63,611 nucleotides of DNA, filler included, from Dimargaris cristalligena (GCA_003614675.1; 6 parts of 6 records of this genome joined end to end with filler, not necessarily neighbours in it); one strand, 5' to 3'. Numbered from the whole stretch's first letter, positions 45,351-58,735 are shown. The notes: a model not told the origin generated them from the letters alone. Numbers and translations are program-made.

Positions 45351-48300
45351 ATGAAAATTATCCCCGCCACGCCCACTGAATACGAGTCGGAGACTCAGTT
45401 CTCCGACCCTGGGGACAGCCCCCACTCGCCCGCTCCGGGAACCGCGGTTGCTGAAACCATACCCGTGGAGCTAGTGCGCACTCTCACCATCGAGTACCGC
45501 ACCCTATCGGTCCAGCTCCAAGAGGGCATCAACTTGGACAATCCCCAGGCGCCCCTCATTAATTTCCACAAGATCGACCTCCCCGAATTGGCCAATTTAC
45601 TCTGCACCTCCGTGGACCGGGGGCTGGAGACCGAGGTAGCCCACAAGCGCCTGGACCGCGACGGCCAGAACCTCATTACCCCGCCCAAGTCCAACTACGC
45701 CCTCAAATTGGCCGGCTACTGCGTCGGCGGCTTCGGTATTCTGCTCTGGGTGGGCTGTATTATCTGCATCATTGCCTGGCGTCCCCTAGGGGACCCCCCG
45801 GACCCGACCAACCTCGGCTTGGGCGTGCTCCTTTTCATTGTCATGTTGCTCCAGACGGCCTTCAATGCCCACCAGGACTGGACCTCCGCCCGCGTAATGA
45901 AATCCATCAACAATATGCTCCCCGCCAACTGCGAGGTCCTGCGCGACGGTCTGCTCCAGACCATCCCAACCTGCGACTTGGTGGTGGGCGACCGTATCCA
46001 GATGAACTATGGCAACAAAGTCCCCGCGGATTTGCGGATCATGGAGTGTTTCGACCTCAAGTTTGACCGCTCGGTGCTCACTGGCGAAAACGACCATATC
46101 CCGGCCGCCGTCGATGCCACCAATGATAATTACCTGGAGACCCGTAACATTGCCCTCATGGGCACGCTAATCACCAACGGCAACGGCGTCGGCCTGGTCG
46201 TCGCCACCGGTGATGGTACCATCATGGGCAAGATTAGCAAGCTCACCACCCAAGCCACCAAAGTCAAGTCGACCCTTCAGGTGGAGATTCAGCGCTTCGT
46301 GGCCCTCATTGCCGGCCTAGCCTTCACCACCGCTGCTGCCCTACTCATTGTATGGGGCACCTGGCTCCGCACCACCTACCCCACCTTCATTAGCACGTCC
46401 GCCGCCCTCATTAATACCATCGCCGTGCTGGTGGCCTATGTCCCCGTGGGGCTGCCCATTGCCGTGACCTTGGCCCTCACCCTGGTGGCCCGTAAAATGG
46501 CCCAGCAGAAGGTACTGGTCAAGGACCTCATGACCGTGGAAACCCTGGGCTCCGTCAATGTCATCGCGTCCGACAAGACGGGCACTCTGACCCAGAATCG
46601 CATGTTTGTGAATGACGCGTGCGCCGGGTCCCGCGTCTGGTCCGCTGCCGACGACCGCCGCTGGTTCCCCGAGGCCACCCCCAGTTTCGCCCAGCTCGTG
46701 GCCGCCGCCCGGCTTTGCAACGGCGCCCTATTCGACCCCCAGACCCTCCATTTGCCCATCTCTGAGCGCACCATTGCCGGGGACCCCACCGACAGCGCCA
46801 TGCTGCGGTTTAGTGCCAGCTTCACCCTCAGCGAGCCCCGCATCCATGAGGCGTTCCATCAACTGCGTAAGATCCCCTTTAATTCCAAAAACCAGTGGAT
46901 GATGACCGTGGTCCAGCCCCAGAACAGCCAGTTGAAGTCCAGCCCCGTTCCTTCGGACCGCTCTCTTCCCCTGACCACAGTCCTCCCCGACGAGGACGGG
47001 AAATCCTCCCGCTCCATACCGTTTGATTCCCCGCTGGCCGAGTCCTTTGTTGAGGCTGACATATTTGGGACCAGCGGGCCGGTCCTGTTGATCAAAGGGG
47101 CCCCCGATATCCTGATTCCCAAGACCAAGTGGTACCTCAACGACAACGGATCCCTGCGGCCCTTTGACGACCAATTGCGGAGGTCCATTTGCCAACAGCA
47201 GGAAACCTGGAGCTCGAGCGGCCAGCGGGTGCTTATGCTGTGTAAGCGTCAGCTCCGCTCGGTGGATGAGCTGCCCACCGACTCGGATGATTTGGATGCC
47301 CTGGCCGGCCTGGCCCACTCCCTGTGTGTCATTGGCCTGGTCGGGATCATGGACCCCCCACGCCCCGAGATTCGGTCCGTCGTGGAGACCTGCCACCGCG
47401 CGGGGATGCGGGTTCTGATGGTTACCGGGGATTTTGCCCTGACGGCGGCGGCCATTGCCAAGCAGGTGGGTATCTTCACCAACTCCCGTATTGACACGGT
47501 GGCGGATTTGCGGGCCCTGACCGTATCCACCCGCGACTCGACCGATGGGTCGGAAACCCGGGAAGAAAAGCCGGGCGACGAAGATGACGCTCCCCACCAG
47601 GACTGCCCCGAGTATCTGCCCTTGAATGTGGCTGTCCTGCACAAGCACGACCAGTCCAAGCCCGACCGCCACCGGGACGACTCCCCATCCCCGGCTTATA
47701 AGGGACCGGACAACCTGTGCCAATTCAGCGGGTCCCTTTTGCTTTCGGGATCAGAGCTATCCGGCCTGACCAACGACCAGTGGACCCAAGTGACCCAGTA
47801 CCGGGAAATCGTGTTTGCTCGCACGACCCCCGAGCAAAAACTCCAGATTGTGCAAAAGTTCCAGGCCAACGGCGCCATCGTGGCGGTTACGGGGGACGGG
47901 GTGAACGACGCGCCCGCCCTCAAGAACGCCAACATTGGGATTGCCATGGGAGGGGGCAGTGATGTGGCCATGGAGGCCGCCCATATGGTTTTGCTCGACA
48001 ACAATTTCTCCTCCATTCTGGTGGCCATTGAAAACGGCCGACTGGTCTTTGATAACCTTAAAAAATGCATCCTCTATCTGCTGCCGGCCGGTAGTTTCGC
48101 TGAACTTATTCCGATCCTGGTCAATGTGTTCCTGGGGGTACCCCTGCCACTCAGTGCCTTTTTGATGATTTGCATTTGTGTGCTGACTGATCTACCGCCG
48201 TCCATTTCCCTCATGTACGAAGGGCCCGAGCGCGACCTCCTGACCCGTGCACCCCGGGTGCCCAACCGCGACCGTCTGGTCAATGCTAAGCTTATCCTGC

Positions 48301-48842
48301 ACGCCTACGGCTTTGCTGGTATTCTGGAAACCTTCTTCGGGCACTGCATGTACTTCCTCTACATGTCCCACTACGGCGGTTTCGGTCTGTCCGATCTCTT
48401 TCTAGCGTACGATCGGTGGACCGACGGTTACAAGGGATATACCCAGAAGGAGCTCGATGACTTTAATTTTACGGGCCAGTCGATTATGTTCGTGTCGCTG
48501 GTCATGTGCCAGTGCTTCGGGAACCTATTGTCCATCCGGACCCGTTATCTGTCGCTGTTCCAGCACCCCCCAATTAGCTGGCCCCCGTTTTCCGGCCACG
48601 ATCTCGGCGCTCGGAGGCCGGGCCATAACCCGGTCATTTTTATCAGCTGGGCCATTAGCATTGGCCTCTGCTTGATTATCATTTACGTACCGTTTGTGAA
48701 TAACGTGTTCAATACCCGGCCCATTCCCGTGGCCTTTTTCTTTATGCCCATTGCGTACGCCTTGGGCATGCTGACCCTCGACGAGTTGCGCAAATGGATG
48801 GTGCGTCGCAAGGATCCCTTTTTTACCCGGATGGCCTGGTAG
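45351..48842 (+). CDS. Type II P-type cation-transporting ATPase (fungal Na+/K+- or H+/K+-ATPase-like)
   Basis: IEYRTLS, GNKVPAD, LTGEN, SDKTGTLTQN, KGAPD, DPPR, MVTGD, FARTTPEQK, TGDGVNDAPALK, YLLPAGSFAE and C-terminal AW*. 1163 aa, intronless. Confidence 0.96.
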   Translation: MKIIPATPTEYESETQFSDPGDSPHSPAPGTAVAETIPVELVRTLTIEYRTLSVQLQEGINLDNPQAPLINFHKIDLPELANLLCTSVDRGLETEVAHKRLDRDGQNLITPPKSNYALKLAGYCVGGFGILLWVGCIICIIAWRPLGDPPDPTNLGLGVLLFIVMLLQTAFNAHQDWTSARVMKSINNMLPANCEVLRDGLLQTIPTCDLVVGDRIQMNYGNKVPADLRIMECFDLKFDRSVLTGENDHIPAAVDATNDNYLETRNIALMGTLITNGNGVGLVVATGDGTIMGKISKLTTQATKVKSTLQVEIQRFVALIAGLAFTTAAALLIVWGTWLRTTYPTFISTSAALINTIAVLVAYVPVGLPIAVTLALTLVARKMAQQKVLVKDLMTVETLGSVNVIASDKTGTLTQNRMFVNDACAGSRVWSAADDRRWFPEATPSFAQLVAAARLCNGALFDPQTLHLPISERTIAGDPTDSAMLRFSASFTLSEPRIHEAFHQLRKIPFNSKNQWMMTVVQPQNSQLKSSPVPSDRSLPLTTVLPDEDGKSSRSIPFDSPLAESFVEADIFGTSGPVLLIKGAPDILIPKTKWYLNDNGSLRPFDDQLRRSICQQQETWSSSGQRVLMLCKRQLRSVDELPTDSDDLDALAGLAHSLCVIGLVGIMDPPRPEIRSVVETCHRAGMRVLMVTGDFALTAAAIAKQVGIFTNSRIDTVADLRALTVSTRDSTDGSETREEKPGDEDDAPHQDCPEYLPLNVAVLHKHDQSKPDRHRDDSPSPAYKGPDNLCQFSGSLLLSGSELSGLTNDQWTQVTQYREIVFARTTPEQKLQIVQKFQANGAIVAVTGDGVNDAPALKNANIGIAMGGGSDVAMEAAHMVLLDNNFSSILVAIENGRLVFDNLKKCILYLLPAGSFAELIPILVNVFLGVPLPLSAFLMICICVLTDLPPSISLMYEGPERDLLTRAPRVPNRDRLVNAKLILHAYGFAGILETFFGHCMYFLYMSHYGGFGLSDLFLAYDRWTDGYKGYTQKELDDFNFTGQSIMFVSLVMCQCFGNLLSIRTRYLSLFQHPPISWPPFSGHDLGARRPGHNPVIFISWAISIGLCLIIIYVPFVNNVFNTRPIPVAFFFMPIAYALGMLTLDELRKWMVRRKDPFFTRMAW

Positions 48843-51062
48843 CCACCCCACATGGGCCTTACGGGTCGCTATTTATATTGATTCGGAGAGGGGCTGGGTG
48901 ACCCGTTTTTCGCGGGTTACGAAACTATACATTCTGCATGAAACACCCCAGCCCCTCCATCACAGTGTATCCCCTAAAATAAATGGGTAACCCCTGTTGC
49001 ATTATTAAATAGGAGCTATGGTAGATATCACTTACCCCCGCCCCTGAATAATAAATTATTTGGTTTATTACACCCACTGATTGGCCATACTAGTGTGAGT
49101 GGATTGTGCAAGGGGGCATTCAGCCAATGGAATCAGGCTGCCTTTTTACAACCGAGATGGCCGGTGCCATTTTTGAAAGGTATATTATCCCAGGGTGTTC
49201 GTACTGTTCCTTTCCATGTAGGGTGAAATGCAAGGACTGTGTTTTTAAGAACCAATCCACGGTGTGCTAACAAGCATCCCGTGGTGACTGGTAGTTAGTT
49301 ATTGGGGGTGATTCAGAGGGTTAATGTGTGTCGGACAGCTAGGCAAAACACGGACAACTCATGGATGGGGGGGATCTAGAGGTTGGTTACTGGTAAGGGA
49401 AAGTGCTCTTGTGAAGCGATCCATCTATATGATCTGATAGCAGTGCTGATCTGGAATGCTTAAAAATATATTGGGCAGCGTGGGTAGAGAGTATAAAACG
49501 ACAGGATGGATGGTGGATCATATTATACATATATTTCTAATGCATTATCTGGATGGGTATTTCGCGGCGATTTGATTGGCATATCCCAGATTTGGGCGAT
49601 GTTCAACCCAACAACCGCCTAGCAATGAACTAGGGGGCTTTGACCGGGTTTACTGGCTGAAAATGCACTATCCACTCAATTCGACAATGAACATTTCATT
49701 TGAAATCCTTAAAACCACAGCAGCAATCAACCGCGTTACCAAGGGGTATTGTGGGTGGGGGAATACAGTGGATTGAGGCATTGGTGGGGGGCTAGTTGAC
49801 CCCAAATGGATCTTTCGGATACGACCATGGTCAATTGATAAGTATAATGTCTGTCTGATCATATGCGCGGGGGTCCCTTTGCAATCCTGCTGCAGGGAGA
49901 CCCGATTGGCATGTATTAGCGTCCACCGGTATGTTCGCAGGCAACACGCTGGGTTAGGTATCCATAGCCCCGCTATTGGGGCTATACCAAGTGTTTAGTG
50001 AGGGTTGGCGACCACTCTCAACTGGGCCTTGGCGTATGGTACCGCGTTTTTAACGTGGAAGCCGGGATGATCAACTAATGGGGGGTGATATTTAGCGGCC
50101 ACTGTGGGATTATTAATGGTGATTGGAAATCCACTATTCCAGCTAAGCTATATATTATTTTTTCATATAATATTCAGCGGCAGCTCTTGGATCAACGGTC
50201 CTTGGCTACAGTTGGATCCTTTTCCAGGGAAATCCAACGCGCCATTGCAAAGGTCGGAGGGTGCATTCTTCTGGCAACTGGACTGATGTTTGGTGAAATC
50301 CACAATGAAGGGGAAGATGGTCCAAAGCGCCACAATGCGGTAAGCGGGAGACGGCTGGGGGGTAGTGGGGCACTATAAACTGGGTTTGCAACGAGGCACC
50401 TATTAGGAGCAGCCACGCCGCTTCCAGGAAGGACTACAGGGTGTTTTTTCGTCTCACAGGGGCACCCCCCCTCTCCACCACTCGAGTGTTTGGGACAAGA
50501 GAGGGTAAAGTGAGTACGAAACGGATCCGAATGGCGCAATATAGCCAGTTCGGCATGGCAGCCCCTTGCATGCAGAATTATTGGGGTGATGTGTCACTTC
50601 AATGGGGAACAATAGGCTTGCGAGACACCACCGCCAGATGAGGAGGAATCTTAGGGTTACCCGTAACGGGAACGCCGTTGATTCGTTAGTTGTGCAGTAA
50701 TCATATGTATGGCCATGGCCCCAATCACCACCAATTTTGTGATGGGCTTTTTGCATCCCGCTCTTTTACTGCCGGCGCCTGCTTTTTTTCCTGAATTACT
50801 ATGGGAACGCATATCCTCACCACTTGTATCAAATCACTGCATATACGTAGGGTGGTTTTCGCCGTTCGGTGGCCTCCTCTTTCACCTATAACTAACTAAT
50901 CCTTGCCTCTGGCTCTTGCCTGCCTATAGTTTGGCTCTTCTTTCTTTCTTCCCTTCTTTCTTTCCAGTTTGGCCTTGGTTTGTTCCATTCTTTCTATACA
51001 TTTCCGGTATTTCTTCGCTATTCCACCTGGGCCGCCGCTCATTGTGAAAAGCCCCAGAGACC

Positions 51063-53035
51063 ATGTCCTCAAACTCCAACGTCAGTAGCCCTCTGTGCTC
51101 CCACGGCTGGCTGGTAAGTGAAGTCCGGACTAGCCCGGTTCACTAAATAAAAGGTGGGTGGTACACCCTCTAACCCTAAGTTGTCGTGACCTGCGTCTCC
51201 CCGGTGCGGCGCGTCAACCCAGGGTTTCAGCTGGCAGGACCACTGGCCCAAAAGCACCCCGGTGGGAAGTACCGCCCCCTCCATTTCCTCAACCCTAACC
51301 AACTTTTCCAACCGGTTCCGGTGGAACTGGGCCCCGTGTCGTGCTTCCAGGTTATTGTATCCGCCAGGTCTCAGCTAACCCTAACCTCCACCGACTTTTA
51401 ATGCCCATGCCCTAATGTTTACCCATGTAGCCGATACAGGAGCCCGATGGAAATTTAAACCCGTGCTTTCGTGAAATGTAAGCCCTGCCGATATATGTTG
51501 TTAAGCTGCGGTTCACACTAGCGGTAATTTTACCCTCCCGCTTATAGGTGCCGCCACGTCACCTTCCCCTCCCACGCCCGTTTGGAGCAAATCACCGGGC
51601 AGTGGAATGGGTTTAATGCTTCGAGCACTCTCACCTGCCCAAGGGTACGCACTATAGAATGGCCCTCTACCCACCACCACCCCCGCCTGGGCGTATTCGG
51701 GCCGCGTTTCATCTATTGCGATTAAACCTGCAATTAACCTAGCCGGTTGAATATTACCAATGCATGCGATATTCCCCACCCCGGTCGGGTATATTTACAG
51801 AGGCATCGATACCCTAGTGCCACTCGTCGTTTTGACCGCGGCCACGGTTTGTGTGGGCTGGTCACGCCACCAGCGTCGGCGGAAAATGTCCGCCCAATAC
51901 CTCCCGCTCACCTCGGAGCCCCTGCCCGACACCGCGGACCCCCCGTCCTCCGAGCTCGACGACGAGGTCTATCAATGGCTGGCCAAGTCACCCGATGCCG
52001 ACGCCCCGGGCATCGTGGACTCCATCCGGGACGTCTCCCCTCGGTTCCACTGGATCAAAAAAACCAAAGCCTTTCTTATGTTCAAACTCACTTTTCTATA
52101 CGGGTCGCTGGCCTCGGAACTGTGGTCGGCCCCAGGTCCGGCGGATCCCTGGTCACTAGTCCGACCAGTCACTCATGCCCTGATTTGGGTAAGTACCGTA
52201 TACACTATCAATTGATCCATGGGCTCCGGCTAGTCATACATCCCGGCTGGAGCATCATCTCGTAGTGTTTGGGCGCCTTTAATTCAAACCACCCTGCATC
52301 ACCCGCGCCCACCTACCGGTGATTCCCTCGCTTATATTAACGCACCCTCTATTAAACGTATTGCTTCTCCCATTGATCCACTCCTTCGGGCCATGCAGGG
52401 TCTCATGCTGGTGACCTACCTCCCGGTAAATATCATGTTCATTGACCGCAAAAACCGGGCCGAGAAATACTACTGGGTCTACCTGAGCATCAGTCTCATC
52501 ACGGGCTTGGTGGCCCTCGTGGATACCTACGCTGAATTCGCCTTTGACCACACCTTTAGCTGGTCCTGGGATTACTTCTTCGCCCACCGCGAACGCTCCC
52601 TCTTCGTGGCTAGTCTGGTGTTCCTCACGGATCTGTGCGCCATGGGCATTCTCACCCGCCGGGGCCCCCGGTCCGTCACCGTCCAAGAAACCGACCAAAC
52701 CTCGGTGCGCCAGTCCCCCGAATATTCCGCCAGCCTGTATTCCGACTTGTCGTTTTCCTGGCTCAACTCCATCATCCGGGCCGGCTATACCCGGGTACTG
52801 GTATTTGCCGACCTGTGGCGACTCCCCAACGACATGATCGCCTATACCGCCTGGACCTCCTACCGCCGCGATGCCCGGCCCGGCCGCTCCCTCTTCGCCA
52901 ACCTACTGGTGAACCTCCGCCGCATTGCCCTCAGCCAGCTGCTGCTCTCGGGCTTCCGACATGCGATCCGCTTCGGCGGAATCTTCTTCATGAACCGCAT
53001 TCTGGAGTATATCCAATCCCCCGGCGAACGGCCCG
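51063..53035 (+). CDS. ABCC/MRP-type ABC transporter, 5' part (TMD0 + L0); exons 51063-51113, 51431-51477, 51801-52188, 52399->53035; truncated by contig end
   Basis: Spliced N-terminus CSHGWL|PIQEPDGNLNPCFREI|GIDTLVP followed by TM helices. Lasso motif SPEYSASLYSDLSFSWLNSIIRAGYTRVLVFADLWRLP. Splice sites are canonical and phase-compatible. Confidence 0.85.
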
Positions 53036-53135
53036 NNNNNNNNNNNNNNNNNNNNNNNNNNNNNNNNNNNNNNNNNNNNTTAATTAATTAANNNNNNNNN
53101 NNNNNNNNNNNNNNNNNNNNNNNNNNNNNNNNNNN
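53036..53135. other. Artificial contig linker
   Basis: N44-TTAATTAATTAA-N44. Confidence 0.97.
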
Positions 53136-54430
53136 TCAGGGGCAGGGGCAGGGGCTCATTCACTCGTCAGGGGCGTACTTCCGATAAGTGTGAAAAATAG
53201 ATAAAAAATAAAAGTAAGTAAAAAATGTGGTAAGTTCACTACATCCTCCTTGGGGCTTCTGTCCAGCATCAGTAAGAAATGGCTTCCCATGTACAGTCCC
53301 ACAGGTGGTGTAGTAGTCAGCTTGGAAGTGTAATGTTGGATTTTTGTATGTCATTTACAACTCTATATGGTACTTACCCTCCCCCCCCTAGAGAATTCCC
53401 CTCCTCAATTATAACCAGCAGCCTATACATCTACACCATTGGTATGTATATATATATATATATATATGTAATTAATTGTTATCATTCAGGCAATATCCCA
53501 CTCTGTATGTGTCCATTGTGGGAAGGTTACACAGTGCAAATACTTGGAACCTGCAGGGTTATACCAATGGTATCTCTTTTAAAGATGTTTACTATGCTTT
53601 TGGCCAATTTTCCTATTGGGGACATTGCCCCAACTGCCCCCCCCCCCAAAAAAAACCTCCAGAAACCAGAGTAAACTCGAACTAAATGTACTACCAGGGG
53701 TACTATTTACAGTAGGACACATACACCCAAATATTGTATAGGTGTCATGGATACTGGCTGCAGAATGCTGAAAAGGAGAAAGCAATGGGCTCATAGACAA
53801 ACCCAGGTGCAATTTGTTCAGTGGATCTTTTGCTGATTAGCTTGGCCAGGCTACACTAGTATACAATATTGCCATACATCTATAGTGGAGAGAAGGTGCT
53901 GGCACATACATGCAGAGTGTATAGCATTGTCTCTGGTTAGTTCTGGCTGACTCAATCGGCGTACCGGCCATTCCTAAAAGATCCCAAAAAAAGTGAACCC
54001 TCAGTCAGACTGTATGGCAGTCCAGCATGCCCTTCTCCCCCCTCATGCAATAGAGTTGGTGTGTGGGTTTGGTGCAATTTAAGCACACACAAATATTTTT
54101 ATATGACCCTCACTTTCCAATACCCATGGTTTTACCTGTGTAGCGCAACACCTAGTAAGAGGGTTAGCTGCTTCTACCAGCCCTGGCCCAATAATGGGGG
54201 GAGCCAGGATGGTCTGTACTATTATCCGTAGTTAGTACTATAGTCAGTTTGTCATTGGATATATAAATACCACCACAGTGCTCTCCCTCGGACATTAACC
54301 CACTCTCTCCCTTCTAACTACCATTGTCATCTAGCATGTCCGCCAGGTAATAACAATAGTATTAATATTGTTTCTTCACCAAGTCTTTTCCGACCGAACA
54401 AGTTCTTCCCCCCATATCCAAAAACCCAAA

Positions 54431-54763
54431 ATGTGTCTTCAACTATCCGCCTGCATTCAAGCCGTTCTCATTGTTGATACGGTAACCCTTTTCCTAGCCA
54501 TCTCTCACTATGGTACACAGGCCCTTCCCACCCCCGGGTCCCTAATGAGTACCACCACCGCTCACTTGAACGAATCCGGAGTCGAATCCACCCATGATTC
54601 GTTACCCGTAAACTCACAATCTACTAGTGGCGCGGATTTGACAGTACCTGTGGACCACTAGTTCGGCAAAATGTTTATCGGTAGAAGATGTGGAAGCTAC
54701 CTGGGTGCGAAGGAGCTTCGCTACCATAGGCAGTATGTCTGTTCAACAGGAATAATTGAATAG
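54431..54763 (+). pseudogene. Disrupted paralogue of the small secreted zinc-finger protein at 59484
   Basis: Signal peptide ..QA|LPT and HDSLPVN, then an in-frame TAG at 54659-54661, then FIGRRCGSYLGAKELRYHRQYVCS (first Cys replaced by Gly). TATATAAAT at ~54260. Confidence 0.65.
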
Positions 54764-57700
54764 GTGTAATGAATCCGCCTCATATTCGCGTTGTGGACGG
54801 GTGCCAGCATGGGTTATATATACTCTCCATAAATCAGTGCACGCGGGACGGGAGGGGTCCTATAACCTACAAGTAGCAAGGTTTCGCATGGAATATAACC
54901 AGAGCAACGTATCAGCCACTGTATGGATAGCCCATTTCTCCTAGTTCTGTAAAAAAAACCCCTTTGGGGCGATGTGACTGCGTTGAACTTATATTATATT
55001 TTACCTCCATCGCAGATATCCTTAAATAAACTATGCGTATCCAGTTAACCTGCCCTCTATTTACTCAACGTGTACATTACATTTTCTTCCCCCATTTATG
55101 GAAAATCGGTAGCTGTCTAATACTTGCCTTGGTTGCAACATGCCCTACCCAGCACCCAGACTATTCCTATGCCGTAAAATGACCGCGCTTCCTTTATACC
55201 CCACTAACCCACCTTTGAATAAGGGCTTTACCGGTGGGCGGGGATTGCAGCGGCTGGTTAGAGTGCGCCGGTCAAATAATTCCTGGGGAAAATACCAAAA
55301 AAACAACAACCAATATTGTTGGACTCGTATCTGTATCTTTAAACTACCCAAAATAAGATCGAAATTCATTCAATCGCGACAGCTCCGGCGAGTTCGACTG
55401 TTGTATGGAAACCCATCATTAGTATCATTAGTTGATTGATTAGAAAGTGTGATTGGTACCGCTAAAATGGATACAGTGGACAAAGTACGGGAGGGGGATA
55501 ATAATGTCACCATCATATCCATAACACACCCCTGGACCTTCCTATATTGGCGCTAAGTAGTAGCCGGATGGCGTTTAGTGACCGCAAGACCTCCGTATTG
55601 CGAACTGTTGACGAATTTATATACAAATCAAATGAATATGCCCATAAATACAGTGGGTATTGGATGAGTACAGTGAGCATCGTGGTCGTCGAACCACGTT
55701 CCCTTGGACTGGACCTAGCGTTTTTCCGCATTTGTTAGGGTAGTCATTTGAAGCCTTTTCCACAATTGACCCATACATTCTATCGAATAGCATTACACCG
55801 CCTGACCTACTGAGTTAATAGAAGAGGGTGACTAGACTCTCGTTTTACACTTCAAATGTTGGACCATTGCCCATCTTATTGATCAGAAAATCCTAATAGA
55901 GACCAAAACTTTTGGCTTATCGTAAACAGTTATATTTTTATTAAAAATATCGATGATATGGGCAATATTTCATATGAGCTACCTTCAGCTCGGCGGCTCA
56001 AATGGCATAATTAACTCCCTCCGTTCTCAGGACCAATCGACCAGCACACCATAGTAACTAGGTAATGGAAAAGAAACATGGCTAGGAGCAATGTGTTGGC
56101 TTATTCAACGTCATAGGGAGAAGTGAAATTTATGTTGTTGTATAACTATCCATCTTTTAAGTAAACTACCCGCATACGCAACTCCGGGGAATTGGGGTAG
56201 AGTCCAATCAGCAGTCAAGGCCGATAAATTCCTGGCGTAGGCAGGCCAGGTAATGTGCCGCGTTGATTAATAGGGCTACCTTAATCTCCCCTTCCCATCC
56301 CTTCTCTAACCTCTACTTCTATTCACACCATATATCCCCCGAGACTTGACCATTTCCCCGATATTCCAGTCCTATACCTTGTGATTAGTTCTACGTATCA
56401 TAGTTGGCCAGCTTTTCGCCCCTTCGAATAGCCGCCGCCCAGTTCAGTTGATCGGATTTCCCCCATGAGGGCCGCCTCTATTTGCCATTGTACCACACCA
56501 TTCTGAACACCTTGAACACTAATATCACCGTGGCACCCAGGGTTTCCCTCGCTGCTTTGCCCCATGAAGCTGGACTTTCCTCTTAATGGGGCAAAAATTG
56601 ATCCCATATCTCAGGGCACCCCATGTACGTCCGCCACGGCTCGCCAATACCCCCATACTGCCCATATCTTCCCCTGATCGACTCGTGCTTGCGACGGGCT
56701 AGTGACCCAGGCAACCCCTAGGAAAGGTTTTCCTACAATATCTAAAACTGGTGGCCAAGTGGAAATTAAATAAGCCAAGAAAGATAGAAGGGATTACGTG
56801 GAATGCTCTAGGCCCCACCAAAATTTATTAATGTCTAGATATAATTTGTAGTACTAATCTAAGTTGTGTTGGTAAGAAAATAAACTATTTAATAAGGCAT
56901 CAACTTGCCCCTATACACTCACGACCGGCCGTGAACAATAGGCGCGATTAAAAATGACATGTCTAGGTGGACTAAGTATCCTGTAGGCCATACAGTTATG
57001 CTTAGCCTAGAGTTATTCACCGACTGGTAGTTTAAACAGATAATATTAAATCGTATTTTGATATGTGTGGGTATTGGTAGGGACCAGTGTAATTTGGGCC
57101 AACCCGAAGCTACATTACAGACTATAGTAGATATAGTAGATATTATTAGGCAACGCATTATAAATATATGCTCACTGGAATCAAAATTAGAGAGAAATCA
57201 TTAGTGCGTCGCTAAAGATGTAATTAATGGCATAAGAACGGTTCAATCAATGAACTGGGAAATGAGAGGTGCTGGTAAAAATTGGAATAATCGATCGCTT
57301 TAATGTGAGCCGGAATCCACTTATTTGACCAACTGAAATAATAATGAGCTCCCATTCTTTCTGCAATTAACCATTTCCCAACTTTCGGCTTTAAAATTTT
57401 CCGATCGTTAGTTATATGGGATATCATATAATAAAAATGTATCTTGAATCTGCGGCTTGTGGTTAAGCCACCCGATCCAGGTATTTCAGTCGGTTTCTTA
57501 TCCAAAATAACTGTGAGATTGGCAAGGGTACCAATATGGATCAGTCGGGCCGAGCCCAGCATAATTGCATAGTATATTGGGAGGTCATTTTTTACCCCAC
57601 GAGGTGGGACCCTGAAATTGTGTCTTTAGGCACACAGGCGGGTCGAATATCCGCCCTGTTTGATAAAATTCACTTATAGGGCTTAAAGAACCCCTCCTTT

Positions 57701-58735
57701 AAATGGAGATATTCTGATTTCCTTGTTATTTAACCAGCACGTTACTCCTACTATATACGTGTATTTACTGCGATGCAGTGGTATTAACATGGGCTGCCCA
57801 TAAAAACCCGGACCCAAGATGCTTCACTCTGCAAGTCTGGGACTAAATCCCAGCTATCCAATACGATTTTTCCTAGCTGATATTCGTGTGTATGCATGCA
57901 GGCTATGCTTACTTGCTAGTCTGCTTTACCGATTTACCATGGCCGAAACTCAACCCAGTCGTTAGATCAGTTAACCTTTACCTAAACCGAACAATGCACT
58001 TAACTAACTCCCGTATTTTTCCCAATCTAAGTAGCGCTTCAAGCAGGAATGCTGCTATTGCCAGCCTATACGACACCTTAATCGCCTGCTCTCTACTTTA
58101 TTTTTTTTTCAGGGCTGTGGTTGGAAAATATCCTTGTTTAGAGACCCGGTGCCAATATTTCCTGTTAGTTTTGGCCTAAAACGACAATACAGCCACCCCC
58201 ATGATATAAGCGGGTGTGAATTATCCAACTTCCTTAAATTATAGACAGCTGCATTAGATTCATTGGCCAATATAGTGCGCTGTAATACCTAGCCGAATGG
58301 TGCGAAGTGGCCCTTATCCCCATACTAGACTAATATAGTAGCCGTGGTCGTAATGTAGCGGGGATGCTGTAACGCCTTTGACCACCTTCGACCCCACACC
58401 AGTGCATTCCCTGTTGCATAAGGGCCGTTTCGTCTGTGCCAGCAATGGTACTACCTCTGCACTTCCCTGACCTTCGTTGGCTATAGCAAATTGACTCAAA
58501 GGGGCACTGGACCAAGCACATTAAACGGGAATGCCAACAGTTCATGATGATTTTTTTTTTTCATTTGAGTAAGTATTGTATTCCATTTTGCAAACCCTTC
58601 TCCTGCGAACGTTGCACAGCACATGGCCGTGGTGATGGTCCTCTCTTGACATTTTTTTGAGGCGATACCCTGCAAATAAGGCGGGTATCATACATCAAAC
58701 ACCGAGCATGTGCTCAACTCACCCGTGCGGCCTGA

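Noticed and set aside
46728..47723. 331-aa minus-strand ORF and other nested ORFs in the ATPase and SPT6
   Set aside because: Shadow frames of GC-rich coding sequence with no motifs.
48840..48842. Possible TAG-to-sense reassignment (in-frame TAGs at 54659, ~174 and ~17733; TAG-TGA ending RSM25)
   Set aside because: The P-type ATPase ends with TAG exactly at the family-typical AW C-terminus. No intact conserved gene here has an internal TAG, and transition mutation explains the others.
51170..51390. CTAACCCTAA telomere-like repeats
   Set aside because: Only 1-2 units each, inside an ABC transporter intron; consistent with CTAAC branch-point-like sequence.
10545..53135. Regularly spaced TTAATTAATTAA palindromes and an apparent gene cluster across the window
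   Set aside because: These are artificial linkers joining size-sorted contigs, so neighbourhoods across them have no biological meaning.
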